A stretch of DNA of 63,030 nt. It comes from an uncultured bacterium. Lineage in GTDB: Bacteria > Omnitrophota > Omnitrophia > Omnitrophales > Aquincolibacteriaceae. The notes beneath the pieces were generated by a model. It had not been told where the DNA came from and did no database searches. It worked only from the letters and a program-made list of their open reading frames with translations. The DNA lies in contig CAZSFZ010000012.1 of the NCBI GenBank assembly GCA_964606385.1, positions 1 to 63,030 of the forward strand, in the 5' to 3' direction. This document shows positions 21,263-31,345 of the stretch, piece after piece; position 1 is the first letter of the stretch, and each line of letters begins with the position of its first letter. Both the position numbers and the translations under genes were made by a program.

Positions 21263-24200
21263 TCAGGGCTTCCGTTCTTTTTGTTTCTGGAGGGCCTGGC
21301 CAAGCTGCTCGGGAGTGACGACTTTTTCTTCCACCAGGATCTCGCCGATCTTCTGCTTTCGCTTCTGGCTTTTAGGCAATACGAAATAAAAATTCGAGCC
21401 CTGACCCAGCTTGCTTTCAACCCCCATCCGGCCCCCGTGCGCTTCCACAATGCTTTTGCAGATCACAAGCCCGAGCCCGGTCCCTTTTTCCTCGGTTTGG
21501 GCCTTCTTGCCGAACTGCATGAATTTATTAAAAAGCTTGAGAAGGTTCTCATCCGAGATCCCGGTCCCCGTGTCCTTGACCGCGCAACAAACCTCATCGC
21601 CCAGGTCCTTGATCTCGGCCGTGATGCTTCCTTTTTCCGTGAATTTCAGGGCGTTACTCAGGAGATTCGTCATCACCTGGGTGATCTTGTCGTAATCCGC
21701 CATGATCTCGATCTTGGGGGCGGCGAATTGCTTCACGATCGCAATGCCTTTTTTGTGAGCGCGGAGGCCGATCCCCTCGCAGGACTGGCTGACCAAAGAG
21801 CACAGGTCGATCTTTTCAAGATTCAAGACCAGCTTTCCCGACTCGATCTTCGCGAGATCCAGGAGGTCATTCGTGATACCGACCAACTGCGCGGAGGTCT
21901 GGTGCATCATTTTCAGATAATTTTTTTGCTCGTCGCTGATCGGGCCCGCCAGGCCGTCCAGGACCAGCATGGCGGCCTCCCGGACCACCATGAGAGGATT
22001 CCGGAGCTCGTGCGCCACGATCGAAACGAAATCATTTTTAAGCTGATCCAGCCGGGCCAGCTCTACGTTCTTCTTCTCCATTTCCTGGTAAAGGGCCTTG
22101 ATGCCGTCGTTCGCCTTCTGCAGCCCCCAGGCTTGCAGTTCCATTTCGTCAGCCTGCTGCTTCAGAACAAGCTCCGCGCGCTTACGCGCGTCAATATCCT
22201 GGAACGTCCCTTCCAGCTTGATGATCTTGCCATCTTCATGAACGGCCTTTCCAAAAGCCCGCACCCAAATCGGCTTCCGGGTCTTGGCGGGGATCAACTG
22301 CAGCTCGAGGTCAAAAGGCTCTCCTGTCTTGGCCGCTTTTTCGACCGCGGCGCGAACGATCGTCTGCGATTCTGGCGCATAATAATTAATTGCCTGGTCC
22401 AGGCCTTGGACATCTCCCACCTCGATCTCGTGGATCCGGTATGTCTCATCGGTCCAGGAAACTTTTTGGGTCATAAGGTCAAGCTCCCAACCTCCTACTT
22501 TCGCCATCCGCCCTGTATTTTCGAGAAATTCTTTGTTTCTCCGAAGCTCCAGAGAATTGATTTCAAGATCGTTCTTGGCCCGGCTCAATTCCTTCGCGTA
22601 TTGCTCCAGCCTTTGGTTCGCCTCGGTTAGGTCTTCCAGAAGATTCATGGTCGCCAACTGCTGGTCCCGAAGTTCTTTGGCCGCCTTGTTCCGATCCGTG
22701 ACATCCTGAACGATCGAGTGCAAGAGCGATCGCTCTTTGTACCGGATGAGGCTTGCCGACACGATCACATCGCGGACCGAACCGTCGGCGATCCGGTGCT
22801 GAAACGAGAATTCGCGGCCGTTTTCAATTGAAACGGACATCATGGCTTCCCGGATCTTGGGCTCGGAAAGGGTATTGATCTTTGAGATATTCATACCGAC
22901 CAGTTTTTCCCGGGGATAACCGTAAAACCGGCAGGCCGCCTTATTCGCGTCGATAATATTCGCGTTCTCGGGATCCAGCATAAACATGACCGCCGAATTT
23001 TCGGAGAACTGCCGCCGGTAAGATTCCGCGCCCTGTTCGACCGCCTGAAAAGCCTTTTCCAGCTGCGTTTCGGCAGAGGCGACTACCGACCAGAGAAGGA
23101 CCAGCACACTGCCAAGGAGCGTCGCGAACAAAAGAAGATTGAACCAGAGATTTCCCTCGTCCACGGAATAATCCGAGGTTTTATCATTCAATACGACCAG
23201 GCGGGCCACGTCCTGCCCCCGGATGTCAAAAAGCGGGACAACGCCGCAAACCATGTTGCGCCCCCCCTGCTTGACATTAAAGGAGCTCCCCCGCGCGGAA
23301 ACGATATGCCGGCCCAACTGCTGCACCAGTCCTTGAGAGAGGCTCCTGACCGATCCCTGAACCAATACAAAGTCCGGATAGTCCTCCCATTCGCCTGAAA
23401 ATCCGAAGGCCCTTTTCCCGGCTTCGAATTTCTCCCGGGTGGTATATTGCTTCAGAAGCAACAGCAAAGTGTCCATGCCCCAATCACGTCCTATTTGGCC
23501 GGAGAATTTGAGGCTTTCAATACCCAGCTCCATATAACCGAGCAGAGCCCCCTGGACCCTCACCGGACGGACATAACGGAACGTTAACGCGCCCAAGGGC
23601 CCCAGTTCCATCCCCCCGACATCTTCACCGGATTGCTCCGCCATCAGCAGGGTCGCGCGATCGATCGTGTCGCCGCGATAATCCGGCTGGTGGGCCCGGA
23701 GGAGGCAGGTCTTGTCGGGTTCGATGAAATAAAAATGGCTGACGCCATACTCGTGCTTCATCCGATCAAAAAGCGGCTGCGCCAACCGCTCCAGGGCTTC
23801 GGCATCCTTGGCCTGCCAAGCCCTCATGAGCGCCGCGTCATCCTGGAGGCGATCGGCCTGTGCTTCCAGGATCTTGGATTGATAGGCCAGGGTATCGTTC
23901 CATTTGTAATTGATCTGCTGGATGAGCGACTGCATGTGCTTCTCGGAATTTTCCCTGAATTCGCGATATTCGTAGACCCCGTAGAGCAACCCCCCGCCGA
24001 CCACCGCGAGGATCACCGGGGTAATGATCCAGCCCTTGAGATTGATCGAACTTGCCAAGTGCTTGTTCCGCCACCGGATCAGGAGTGAACTAAGCAGAAC
24101 GAAAAGCGCCAGGGCAAAAACCTGGAGAAAAGGTTTCCGCCGCGCTTCGTCCAACCGAGTCTCCCAGTCGCTGGCCAAAATATCCACTCCGAGGACCATC

Positions 24201-24736
24201 ATGACCTGATCGCTCAACGGGTCGATGATAGGGACTAGCGCGGAAACGAACTTGCCATACTCGTCCTCAAGAGGCCCGACCGTCATCGGCCGCTTATCGG
24301 AAAACACCTTGAAATCGAACGCGGAGGGCCGCTCGTATTCCGTGCCCGGCGGGCTGGCCATGGGATCCTGGCGCGAATAATTTTCAGGGCCAAAAAAGAT
24401 CTTCCCCCCACGGAGTGCCATGGTGTAAATGCCCCGCTGCGGAAATTTATTACCCGCGGTCACAAATTGCTGGCAAAGGGCCCGGTAGACGGGATTATCT
24501 TCGTCAGAGGCGGTGAAAGTGAGTTTTTCGGCCAAATGCGGGCTGACATCGGCCGATAACTCCACGGCATCCCGTAGAAGTTTCTGGCGCATGACCGCGT
24601 TCAAACGCCCGGCCTCGAGCTCTCCGCTTTTCCATCCCCAATAAAGCAGAAGGACCAAGACTGTCATGAACACGGCGAGCCCGAAAAGCTGGATCAGCAC
24701 ATCCCGGCGGCGGCTCGAAAAAACGGGGGCTTTCAC
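21263..24736 (-). CDS. Multi-sensor histidine kinase (two extracytoplasmic Cache-like regions, two PAS, HisKA, HATPase, C-terminal MshEN-like motif)
   Basis: AHELRNPL, NLLSNALKFT, DTGTG, GTGLGL; PAS IIDANKAACRFYGY and VGGWELDL; tail KIGEILVEEKVVTPEQLGQALQKQ. Confidence 0.92.
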   Translation of the reverse strand: MKAPVFSSRRRDVLIQLFGLAVFMTVLVLLLYWGWKSGELEAGRLNAVMRQKLLRDAVELSADVSPHLAEKLTFTASDEDNPVYRALCQQFVTAGNKFPQRGIYTMALRGGKIFFGPENYSRQDPMASPPGTEYERPSAFDFKVFSDKRPMTVGPLEDEYGKFVSALVPIIDPLSDQVMMVLGVDILASDWETRLDEARRKPFLQVFALALFVLLSSLLIRWRNKHLASSINLKGWIITPVILAVVGGGLLYGVYEYREFRENSEKHMQSLIQQINYKWNDTLAYQSKILEAQADRLQDDAALMRAWQAKDAEALERLAQPLFDRMKHEYGVSHFYFIEPDKTCLLRAHQPDYRGDTIDRATLLMAEQSGEDVGGMELGPLGALTFRYVRPVRVQGALLGYMELGIESLKFSGQIGRDWGMDTLLLLLKQYTTREKFEAGKRAFGFSGEWEDYPDFVLVQGSVRSLSQGLVQQLGRHIVSARGSSFNVKQGGRNMVCGVVPLFDIRGQDVARLVVLNDKTSDYSVDEGNLWFNLLLFATLLGSVLVLLWSVVASAETQLEKAFQAVEQGAESYRRQFSENSAVMFMLDPENANIIDANKAACRFYGYPREKLVGMNISKINTLSEPKIREAMMSVSIENGREFSFQHRIADGSVRDVIVSASLIRYKERSLLHSIVQDVTDRNKAAKELRDQQLATMNLLEDLTEANQRLEQYAKELSRAKNDLEINSLELRRNKEFLENTGRMAKVGGWELDLMTQKVSWTDETYRIHEIEVGDVQGLDQAINYYAPESQTIVRAAVEKAAKTGEPFDLELQLIPAKTRKPIWVRAFGKAVHEDGKIIKLEGTFQDIDARKRAELVLKQQADEMELQAWGLQKANDGIKALYQEMEKKNVELARLDQLKNDFVSIVAHELRNPLMVVREAAMLVLDGLAGPISDEQKNYLKMMHQTSAQLVGITNDLLDLAKIESGKLVLNLEKIDLCSLVSQSCEGIGLRAHKKGIAIVKQFAAPKIEIMADYDKITQVMTNLLSNALKFTEKGSITAEIKDLGDEVCCAVKDTGTGISDENLLKLFNKFMQFGKKAQTEEKGTGLGLVICKSIVEAHGGRMGVESKLGQGSNFYFVLPKSQKRKQKIGEILVEEKVVTPEQLGQALQKQKERKP

Positions 24737-26208
24737 GCGGAACTCCCTTTCTCCCTTTCGAGCAACATAATCTTCTCTTTCAGTTCGATCATCTTAAGTT
24801 CCCGGTCCACAGCGATCTTGTTAAAGCTTTCCAGTTCTTTGATCTTGGCTTTCAGTTCTTCCTTGATCCGGTTTTCCTGAGTAATATCCCGTACCGTGGC
24901 CAGCAGGATCATTTCCCGGCCCGACCCGATCCGGGTCAGAAGCACTGACGCCGGAAATTCTTCGCCGCTCACCCTGCGGTGGGTCCAATTAAAAAAACAA
25001 AAACCTTCACGCGCCGCCAGGTCGATCATGGCTTTGGCTTTTTCATCCGAAGCCCGCCCGTCGGGCTGCTTTACCGGAGACAGGTCCCAGGGACCCAGCG
25101 CTGTGAACTCTTTTTCGCTTTTGGTCCCGAACATTTCGATCGTCGCGAGATTCCCCGAGGTGAACTTCCATGAAGGCGGAGCAAGCAGCATGATCGCATC
25201 GCGCGAGTGTTCGAAAAGACCCCGATATTTTGCTTCATTTTTCCGGATAAGCTCCTGGTCTCTAAGGCTCCAATAGCCCCACAGCGTCGTCATCAGGAGA
25301 ACGATGAACATAAGGGCAATGACGCTCCAGCCCAGAATATAAAAATAATAAACGCTGGAAAGGGGGGCCAAAAGCATGATGGACCACCCCATGAAATTGA
25401 GCTGTTTCCGGAAACACAGCAAGGTTTCCCCGCGGAACGTAACAATGTCTCCATTCTGAAGCTCCCTTGGAAAAACCGGTTCAAAGGAGATATCCCCAAA
25501 TTGCCGGCTCTCGCGGATCGAGCGCGCACGTTCCGGAGAAACGGGCCATAAAACCCTCAGCGCCAGGTCTTTGGCCCCAGACACAAAGATAATGCCGTCG
25601 GGGCTGACGAGAAATGCGTAGGGATAATGGATAAGGATATTCCTCGCTGAATCGATGTTTTTTTTCAGCGCCACGACGCCCACAACCTCTTGCCGTTCAT
25701 TCCGGACGGGGTGAGCCGCGTAAAAACCTCTTTCCTTGCTGGTGATCCCTGTCGCCATGTAGAAGGAAGGATGGCCTTTCAACGCCTCCTGAAAATAGGG
25801 GCGGAACGAATAATTCTCGCCCATAAAACTGTCCGGCGCGCCACGGTTCGAAGAAGCGATCACAACCCCGTCCCGGTTCAACAGATAAGCCACAGAAAAT
25901 CCGAAGCTTGAACCATAACGGTCCAGCACCTGATGAGCTCGGTCCAGATGGATCCCGTTGGGGTCGAGACATAACGGAAGGATCCAGGGAGAACCCGCCA
26001 TGGCTTTCGCGGTGGCGTTCGCGGCATGCATTTCATTCTCCACGCCGGAGATCATGGACTTGACGCTGACCTCGCCTTGATCGCGAAGATATTTCATACC
26101 GATCTGTTTTAAATGATCCGAAAAATAGAAGCCGGCCACGACCAAGGTAATGAGGATCAGGGAAGGAACAACAAAAAAAGTTTTTCGGGAACCGGCGATC
26201 GGGAGCAT
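24733..26208 (-). CDS. dCache + PAS membrane sensor with coiled-coil tail and no transmitter domain
   Basis: GENYSFRPYFQEAL (dCache), YRGLFEHSRDAI (PAS), ends DRELKMIELKEKI. Confidence 0.8.
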   Translation of the reverse strand: MLPIAGSRKTFFVVPSLILITLVVAGFYFSDHLKQIGMKYLRDQGEVSVKSMISGVENEMHAANATAKAMAGSPWILPLCLDPNGIHLDRAHQVLDRYGSSFGFSVAYLLNRDGVVIASSNRGAPDSFMGENYSFRPYFQEALKGHPSFYMATGITSKERGFYAAHPVRNERQEVVGVVALKKNIDSARNILIHYPYAFLVSPDGIIFVSGAKDLALRVLWPVSPERARSIRESRQFGDISFEPVFPRELQNGDIVTFRGETLLCFRKQLNFMGWSIMLLAPLSSVYYFYILGWSVIALMFIVLLMTTLWGYWSLRDQELIRKNEAKYRGLFEHSRDAIMLLAPPSWKFTSGNLATIEMFGTKSEKEFTALGPWDLSPVKQPDGRASDEKAKAMIDLAAREGFCFFNWTHRRVSGEEFPASVLLTRIGSGREMILLATVRDITQENRIKEELKAKIKELESFNKIAVDRELKMIELKEKIMLLEREKGSSA

Positions 26209-26224
26209 GATCAGATCCGCCCTT

Positions 26225-26593
26225 TCATTTTTCCAGCATCTTGCGCACGGCCTGGGTCAGCACGGCCATATCCGCGGTCTTCACGACAAAATCATCCGCC
26301 CCCATCCGGCGGGCCTGGATCGGATCGATCGCGTCGAGTTTTCCGGTCATGACGATCACGGGCGGCGGATCCGGTTGGGTCATTTCCTTGACCTTGGCGC
26401 ACACCTCAAAACCCGAGACCTTGGGCATCACGACATCGGTCATGACAAGGTCCGGACGGTCTTGCCGGAGGGCTTCCACAAGCTCATCGAATTCGGAGAA
26501 CGCCGAAACCTGATGCCCTTCTATGCGAAGGACTTCGGTGATCATTCGGAGGGCCAACGGATCGTCATCGATCACATAGATCTTCTGATTCAT
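26225..26593 (-). CDS. Single-domain response regulator
   Basis: YVIDDD, PDLVMTDVVMP, FVVKT. Confidence 0.93.
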   Translation of the reverse strand: MNQKIYVIDDDPLALRMITEVLRIEGHQVSAFSEFDELVEALRQDRPDLVMTDVVMPKVSGFEVCAKVKEMTQPDPPPVIVMTGKLDAIDPIQARRMGADDFVVKTADMAVLTQAVRKMLEK

Positions 26594-26611
26594 GAAAAAA
26601 CACCCCTTTTT

Positions 26612-26980
26612 TTATGAAAGGATCTTGCGGACCGATTCGACGAGTACGGCCATATCCGAGGTTTTGACCACAAAATCATCGGCCCCCATTTTACGGGCCA
26701 GGATCGGGTCCACGGCGTCGAGTTTCCCTGTCATCACGATGACCCGCGGCGGATTGGGCTGGAACATCTCTTTGATCCTGCGGCAGGCTTCGAACCCCGT
26801 GACATCGGGCATCACCACATCGATCAACACAAGATCAGGGACCGTTTTCCGGGCTTTTTTAAGCGCGTCTTCAAAATTAAGGGACGCCACCGCCGCATGA
26901 CCGGCTTCCTCAAGAGCGGACACGATCATTTTCTGGGCTAAAGGGTCATCATCGATCACAAGAATGTTCTTCATGGTCAT
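26612..26980 (-). CDS. Single-domain response regulator (tandem paralogue of the previous gene)
   Basis: LVIDDD, PDLVLIDVVMP; shares VIVMTGKLDA.DP..AR.MGADDFVVKT.DMAVL. Confidence 0.93.
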   Translation of the reverse strand: MTMKNILVIDDDPLAQKMIVSALEEAGHAAVASLNFEDALKKARKTVPDLVLIDVVMPDVTGFEACRRIKEMFQPNPPRVIVMTGKLDAVDPILARKMGADDFVVKTSDMAVLVESVRKILS

Positions 26981-27156
26981 GCTCCTTGTTTTTATGCAGG
27001 GGCAAGCGTCTTTTTTCCACGGACAAGAACTGGCCTTTCGTGAAAAGCCATCCGCCAGGATCTCCTCTAGTATCGTCTTTTTTGTTCCGCTTTTGAACCG
27101 AATTTTCCGTCCCCGAAAAGCTTCAATTCCGCTCCGGCTTGGCCGTTAATCCATTC

Positions 27157-27807
27157 ATGGAATCCAAAACAAACCTTTCCGGCCCTCCGACCCGGACCTC
27201 CGGTTACTCAGAGGAGCTCTTAAAAAGCCAGGAAACCTGGTGGCGGCGCTTTTTCAACGTCCAGGCTCCCTACCGGTGGAACCTCCGGCGGCTCGGCCTC
27301 GGGTTCACGCTGGATATCGGCTGCGGCCTGGGCAGGCACTTGCTCCATTTACAGGGAAACGGAGTGGGCGTGGACCACAACAGGACCTCGATCGAGTACG
27401 CTCGGTCCCAGGGACTCGTGGTTTTTACCCCGGAAGAATTCCAGCGGTCCGGATTTTTCAAGCCGCAGCGTTTCGATTCATTGCTCTTATCCCATGTCGC
27501 CGAACACATGACCCAGGAAGAAGTCCTTGCGCTTTTACGCCTCTACACGCCTCTCCTGAGAACGGGAGGAAAGCTCGTGATGATCACGCCTCAGGAGGCC
27601 GGCTTCAGGAAAGACAGTACCCACCGGGAATTCATGGACTTTGGAAAGCTCCGGGAGATCGCGAAGGAGTTGGGCCTTACGCCCCTCAAAGAATACTCAT
27701 TCCCCTTCCCGCACTGCCTGGGACGGTTTTTTTACTTCAATGAGTTTATATCGGTAAGCGTGAAAGGCGGGGCGACGGAAAGACCGGCGATCAGCGGATC
27801 TTTCTGA
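27157..27807 (+). CDS. Class I SAM-dependent methyltransferase
   Basis: LDIGCGLG, GVDHN, LLSHVAEH. Confidence 0.85.
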   Translation: MESKTNLSGPPTRTSGYSEELLKSQETWWRRFFNVQAPYRWNLRRLGLGFTLDIGCGLGRHLLHLQGNGVGVDHNRTSIEYARSQGLVVFTPEEFQRSGFFKPQRFDSLLLSHVAEHMTQEEVLALLRLYTPLLRTGGKLVMITPQEAGFRKDSTHREFMDFGKLREIAKELGLTPLKEYSFPFPHCLGRFFYFNEFISVSVKGGATERPAISGSF

Positions 27808-29041
27808 AGGCGGACGCGATATAGCCGCGGGCGCGGCCTCCCCGTCCGAAGCGGCGGCCCCCGAACGAAGCGACCTTGACGGGTTTGTGTTCAATGAGGC
27901 TCTCGAGAGGCATCTCCGGATGTTCCGAGATCGGAAGCGCCATCCGCATAAGCTTTTCGATGTTCTTTACTTCTTTCCCCTGATCGGGCATCGCGAATGA
28001 GATTGCGTGTCCCTTGTCGCCGATACGACCGGTGCGGCCGATCCGGTGGATATAATTCTCGGACTCGTCCGGAAGATCGTAATTCACCACAAGCTCGATC
28101 CCTTTGACGTCGATCCCCCGCGCGGCGATATCGGTCGCGACCAGGATCCGGTAACGGCCGGACTTGAACCCGTCGAGCGCTTCGCGCCTTTGCGCCAGGG
28201 ACCGGTCCGCGTGGATCTCCGCGACCTTGTGGCCCATCTCCCGGATCGCGCGCGTGATCTTGTAAGCGCCGATCTTGGTCCGCGAAAAAATAAGCACGGT
28301 CCCGTGGTACTGCGTAAGGATCTTTTTGAGAAGGTCCCTCTTGGCTTCCTTTTTAACGACAAAAACTTCCTGGGTGATCTTCTCCGCCACCGTCCCGGAC
28401 TTCGCGATCTCGACATGCGTGGGAAGTTTCATGTGTTGTGAAGCGATCCGCATGATCTGGTCCGGCATCGTCGCCGAGAAAAGCATGGTCTGGCGGTCTT
28501 TCGGGATCTCCCGGAGGATTCGGTGGATCTGGGGCGCGAAACCCATATCAAGCATCCGGTCCGCCTCATCCAGCACAAGAATGCTGATGTCCTTCATATA
28601 AATGTGCCTTTGTTCCATATGATCGATCAACCGTCCCGGGGTCGCGATCACGATCCGCGGGTGCTGGCGAATCTCCTGGATCTGCGTGTTCATCGAGGCC
28701 CCGCCGATCAGAACGGCGTACTTGGTATGCGGAGCGATCTTATGAAGGGACTGGTGGACCTGATAAGCCAGTTCGCGCGTCGGGACCAGGATCAGCCCGC
28801 GTCCTTTGGACTGGTTCAGCCGCTGGAGCATCGGGATGCCGAAAGCCATGGTCTTTCCCGTGCCCGTCTGGGCGATCCCGATCACGTCCTGCCCCTCGAT
28901 CGCCAGCGGAATGGCTTTCTGCTGGATCGGGGTCGGGGTATGGAACTTGAGCTTGGTCAGGGTCTCGAGAATTTGCGGAGCGATCCCTAAACCGTAAAAG
29001 CTGGGAGCCGCAGGCGGTTCAACCGCCGGATGTGTGTGCAT
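27791..29041 (-). CDS. DEAD-box RNA helicase (RhlE-like)
   Basis: Q motif PTPIQ, AQTGTGKT, PTRELA, DEAD, SAT, HRIGRTGR. Confidence 0.96.
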   Translation of the reverse strand: MHTHPAVEPPAAPSFYGLGIAPQILETLTKLKFHTPTPIQQKAIPLAIEGQDVIGIAQTGTGKTMAFGIPMLQRLNQSKGRGLILVPTRELAYQVHQSLHKIAPHTKYAVLIGGASMNTQIQEIRQHPRIVIATPGRLIDHMEQRHIYMKDISILVLDEADRMLDMGFAPQIHRILREIPKDRQTMLFSATMPDQIMRIASQHMKLPTHVEIAKSGTVAEKITQEVFVVKKEAKRDLLKKILTQYHGTVLIFSRTKIGAYKITRAIREMGHKVAEIHADRSLAQRREALDGFKSGRYRILVATDIAARGIDVKGIELVVNYDLPDESENYIHRIGRTGRIGDKGHAISFAMPDQGKEVKNIEKLMRMALPISEHPEMPLESLIEHKPVKVASFGGRRFGRGGRARGYIASAFRKIR

Positions 29042-29087
29042 GGGAGCAGTATATTCGGAATCCGCCGAAAACTCGAGGATTAATTGA

Positions 29088-29166
29088 CTAGTACCGTGTC
29101 AATTTTGAAATTAAGGGTACACGGTACAGTACTGTGAACCATAAGTTTAAAACTGACACAGTGCTA
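29088..29166. repeat. Imperfect palindromic GTAC/CAC-GTG repeat element
   Basis: CTAGTACCGTGTCA ... GGTACACGGTACAGTACTGTG ... TGACACAGTGCTAG. Confidence 0.5.
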
Positions 29167-29898
29167 GGAGGCCCCGGAGCCGGAACCGCGCGAATGAACC
29201 ACCATCCCATCGATCACGGACACGGGACAAAAGTAACGGCAAAAAAATTTCGGGATCAGGAAGGATACGGCCAGCAAAAGGGCCGCAACCGCGACCGTCA
29301 CCCCCATCCAGGCATAACGCCCGGTCTCGAACCATCGCACCCACGAAACATCGAAGAGGGTCAAAAGGTACAGGCCCGTCACAAGGAACAACACGAGATA
29401 AGCAAAAAATCCGGTCCACGCGGGAAGCTTGAAACGCTTCGGCGAAAGCCGGTCCTGGCATTCCTGAAAGGTCCCGAACGGGCAAAGTGTGGTGCACCAG
29501 TATTTGGAGAAAAGGTTCATCAAAAGGAATGCCGGGAACGCGACCCCCCGGAGGATCCCCCACGGGCACGGGCTGGGACACGCGCGGCAAAACACATACG
29601 GGACTTTGAAATAGCAGCGGAACACGGGCAAAAGCACGACCGGGAGGAACAGGATCCCGTAGATCCATTGGAGCCAGCGCCTTGGCGGGAATTTGACCGT
29701 GATCCGTTTGAGGATGCCGCACAAAAGCGCCAGGATCAAAAGCACCGTAAGCGATTTCAGAAAGAGGGGCTCCCAAAAAAAGGCCAGAAAAGGCCGGGCC
29801 CCGTCAAAATAAGCCGCGGTAAAAACCAAAACCCCCACGGCGGTCAAAATCCAGAAAAGCGCCACCGCCTTTGTCCTGCTTTGGGAAATGTCTTTCAT
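29164..29898 (-). CDS. Membrane 4Fe-4S binding protein (NapH/YccM-like)
   Basis: CRACPSPCPWG, WCTTLCPFG, FCRYFCP within TM helices. Confidence 0.8.
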   Translation of the reverse strand: MKDISQSRTKAVALFWILTAVGVLVFTAAYFDGARPFLAFFWEPLFLKSLTVLLILALLCGILKRITVKFPPRRWLQWIYGILFLPVVLLPVFRCYFKVPYVFCRACPSPCPWGILRGVAFPAFLLMNLFSKYWCTTLCPFGTFQECQDRLSPKRFKLPAWTGFFAYLVLFLVTGLYLLTLFDVSWVRWFETGRYAWMGVTVAVAALLLAVSFLIPKFFCRYFCPVSVIDGMVVHSRGSGSGAS

Positions 29899-29992
29899 CG
29901 GAATCTCCCTGCCGGAGAGTTTAAAATTCTATTTGTTCTTATTATTCCGGATGCTAGAAAAAATCCGTCTACTTTTCTGGTCAAAAGATCTT

Positions 29993-31213
29993 TTAACCCA
30001 GGATCCCTGTCCGGCAGACTTCGGCGAACTGCTTCGCGCTTTCACGGACCGTCCGCTTCTGCGTCCCGTAATCGACCTCGATCAGGCCGAACCGCGGGCC
30101 GAATCCTTTATCCCATTCAAAGTTGTCGAGAAGGGACCAGTAAAGGTATCCCGTCACGGGGACTCCTGCCTGCAGGGCCGCGTGGACACTTTCAAGATGC
30201 CCTTGGATGAAGGCCCATCTCTCTTCATCATGGGAAGTGCAGATGCCGTTCTCCGTGATCATGACGGGAAGTTGGTATTTTTTGAGCCCCAGCAAAAGAT
30301 CCCGCAAACCTTCCGGATAAATATCCCATCCGAGAGAATTTTTCTTAAGCGGGTGATCGTCATGCTGGCAAACATCCGTCAGAAAACTGCGCCATCCCCA
30401 ACCCCTGGCCTCGACCCGCTGGCGCGAATAGTAATTCAGCCCGATAAAATCCAGTGCCTTGTGCCGGATGAATTTTTCGATCAATTCCAGATTGAACAGT
30501 TTATGCCGTAAAGAAGCCGCCCATTGGTTTCTGATCCCGGGCCCGCAGGGAACAAAGGCCTGCATGTGCTGGGAAATACTGACGGAGGGTTTGGGAAGCT
30601 CGAGCTCCTTGTAAAGCCGGTGGATCATGCGGTAGACCTGGATATGCGCCTCGGAAAGATGGTCTTTGACCCGGATCCCTTTCCAGAAGGACCGTTCCTG
30701 CGGCGGCCACACGCCCAGCATGTAGGCGTGGGAAAAATAAATGGTCGGTTCGTTGATCGTGATCCAGAACCGCACATGCGGGGCCAGCGCGCGGACCACG
30801 CGCCCCGCGAACCTCGAAAAATAACCGATCGACCTTTTGTCCGTCCATCCGCCGAGATCCGCGAGCCAGACAGGATTGGTGAAATGATGCAGCGTGACGA
30901 CAGGCTCGATCCCGCGGGTCCTCAGAGCACGCATCACCTCCGCGTAATGCCGCAAAGCGGCTTCGGAGAATTTCCCTTCTTCGGGTTCGACACGGCTCCA
31001 TTCAATAGAAATGCGGTGGGCGTTATGATGAAGTCCTTTGGCGAGTTCAAAATCCAGTTCGTAAAGTTCGTAATGGCGGCAGGCCTCGCCGGAATGCTCT
31101 TTGCCGGCCGACTTTTCCCACCGCCACCAGTCCGCGCGGTCGTTACCGCCCTCGACCTGATACGCCGCCGTGGCCGCGCCCCATAAAAAATCCTTCGGAA
31201 ACTGGATCACCAT
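29993..31213 (-). CDS. Glycoside hydrolase family 1 (beta-glucosidase-like)
   Basis: FLWGAATAAYQVEG, TINEP, ITENG, SLLDNFEW. Confidence 0.95.
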   Translation of the reverse strand: MVIQFPKDFLWGAATAAYQVEGGNDRADWWRWEKSAGKEHSGEACRHYELYELDFELAKGLHHNAHRISIEWSRVEPEEGKFSEAALRHYAEVMRALRTRGIEPVVTLHHFTNPVWLADLGGWTDKRSIGYFSRFAGRVVRALAPHVRFWITINEPTIYFSHAYMLGVWPPQERSFWKGIRVKDHLSEAHIQVYRMIHRLYKELELPKPSVSISQHMQAFVPCGPGIRNQWAASLRHKLFNLELIEKFIRHKALDFIGLNYYSRQRVEARGWGWRSFLTDVCQHDDHPLKKNSLGWDIYPEGLRDLLLGLKKYQLPVMITENGICTSHDEERWAFIQGHLESVHAALQAGVPVTGYLYWSLLDNFEWDKGFGPRFGLIEVDYGTQKRTVRESAKQFAEVCRTGILG

Positions 31214-31242
31214 ACCGGAATTGTACACCACAGTGTAACTTT

Positions 31243-31315
31243 AGCCTATAGACCATAGCGTATGGCTGATAGCTTTAGGCTAGAGGCTATGAGCTAGGGG
31301 CTCTAAGCTATTGGG
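31243..31315. repeat. Heptamer-repeat element (CTAT/ATAG type)
   Basis: GCCTATAGACCATAG ... GGCTAGAGGCTATGAGCTAGGGGCTCTAAGCTAT. Confidence 0.65.
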
Positions 31316-31345
31316 TTTCTGAGCCGGCAAGCCGATAAAAAAGGT

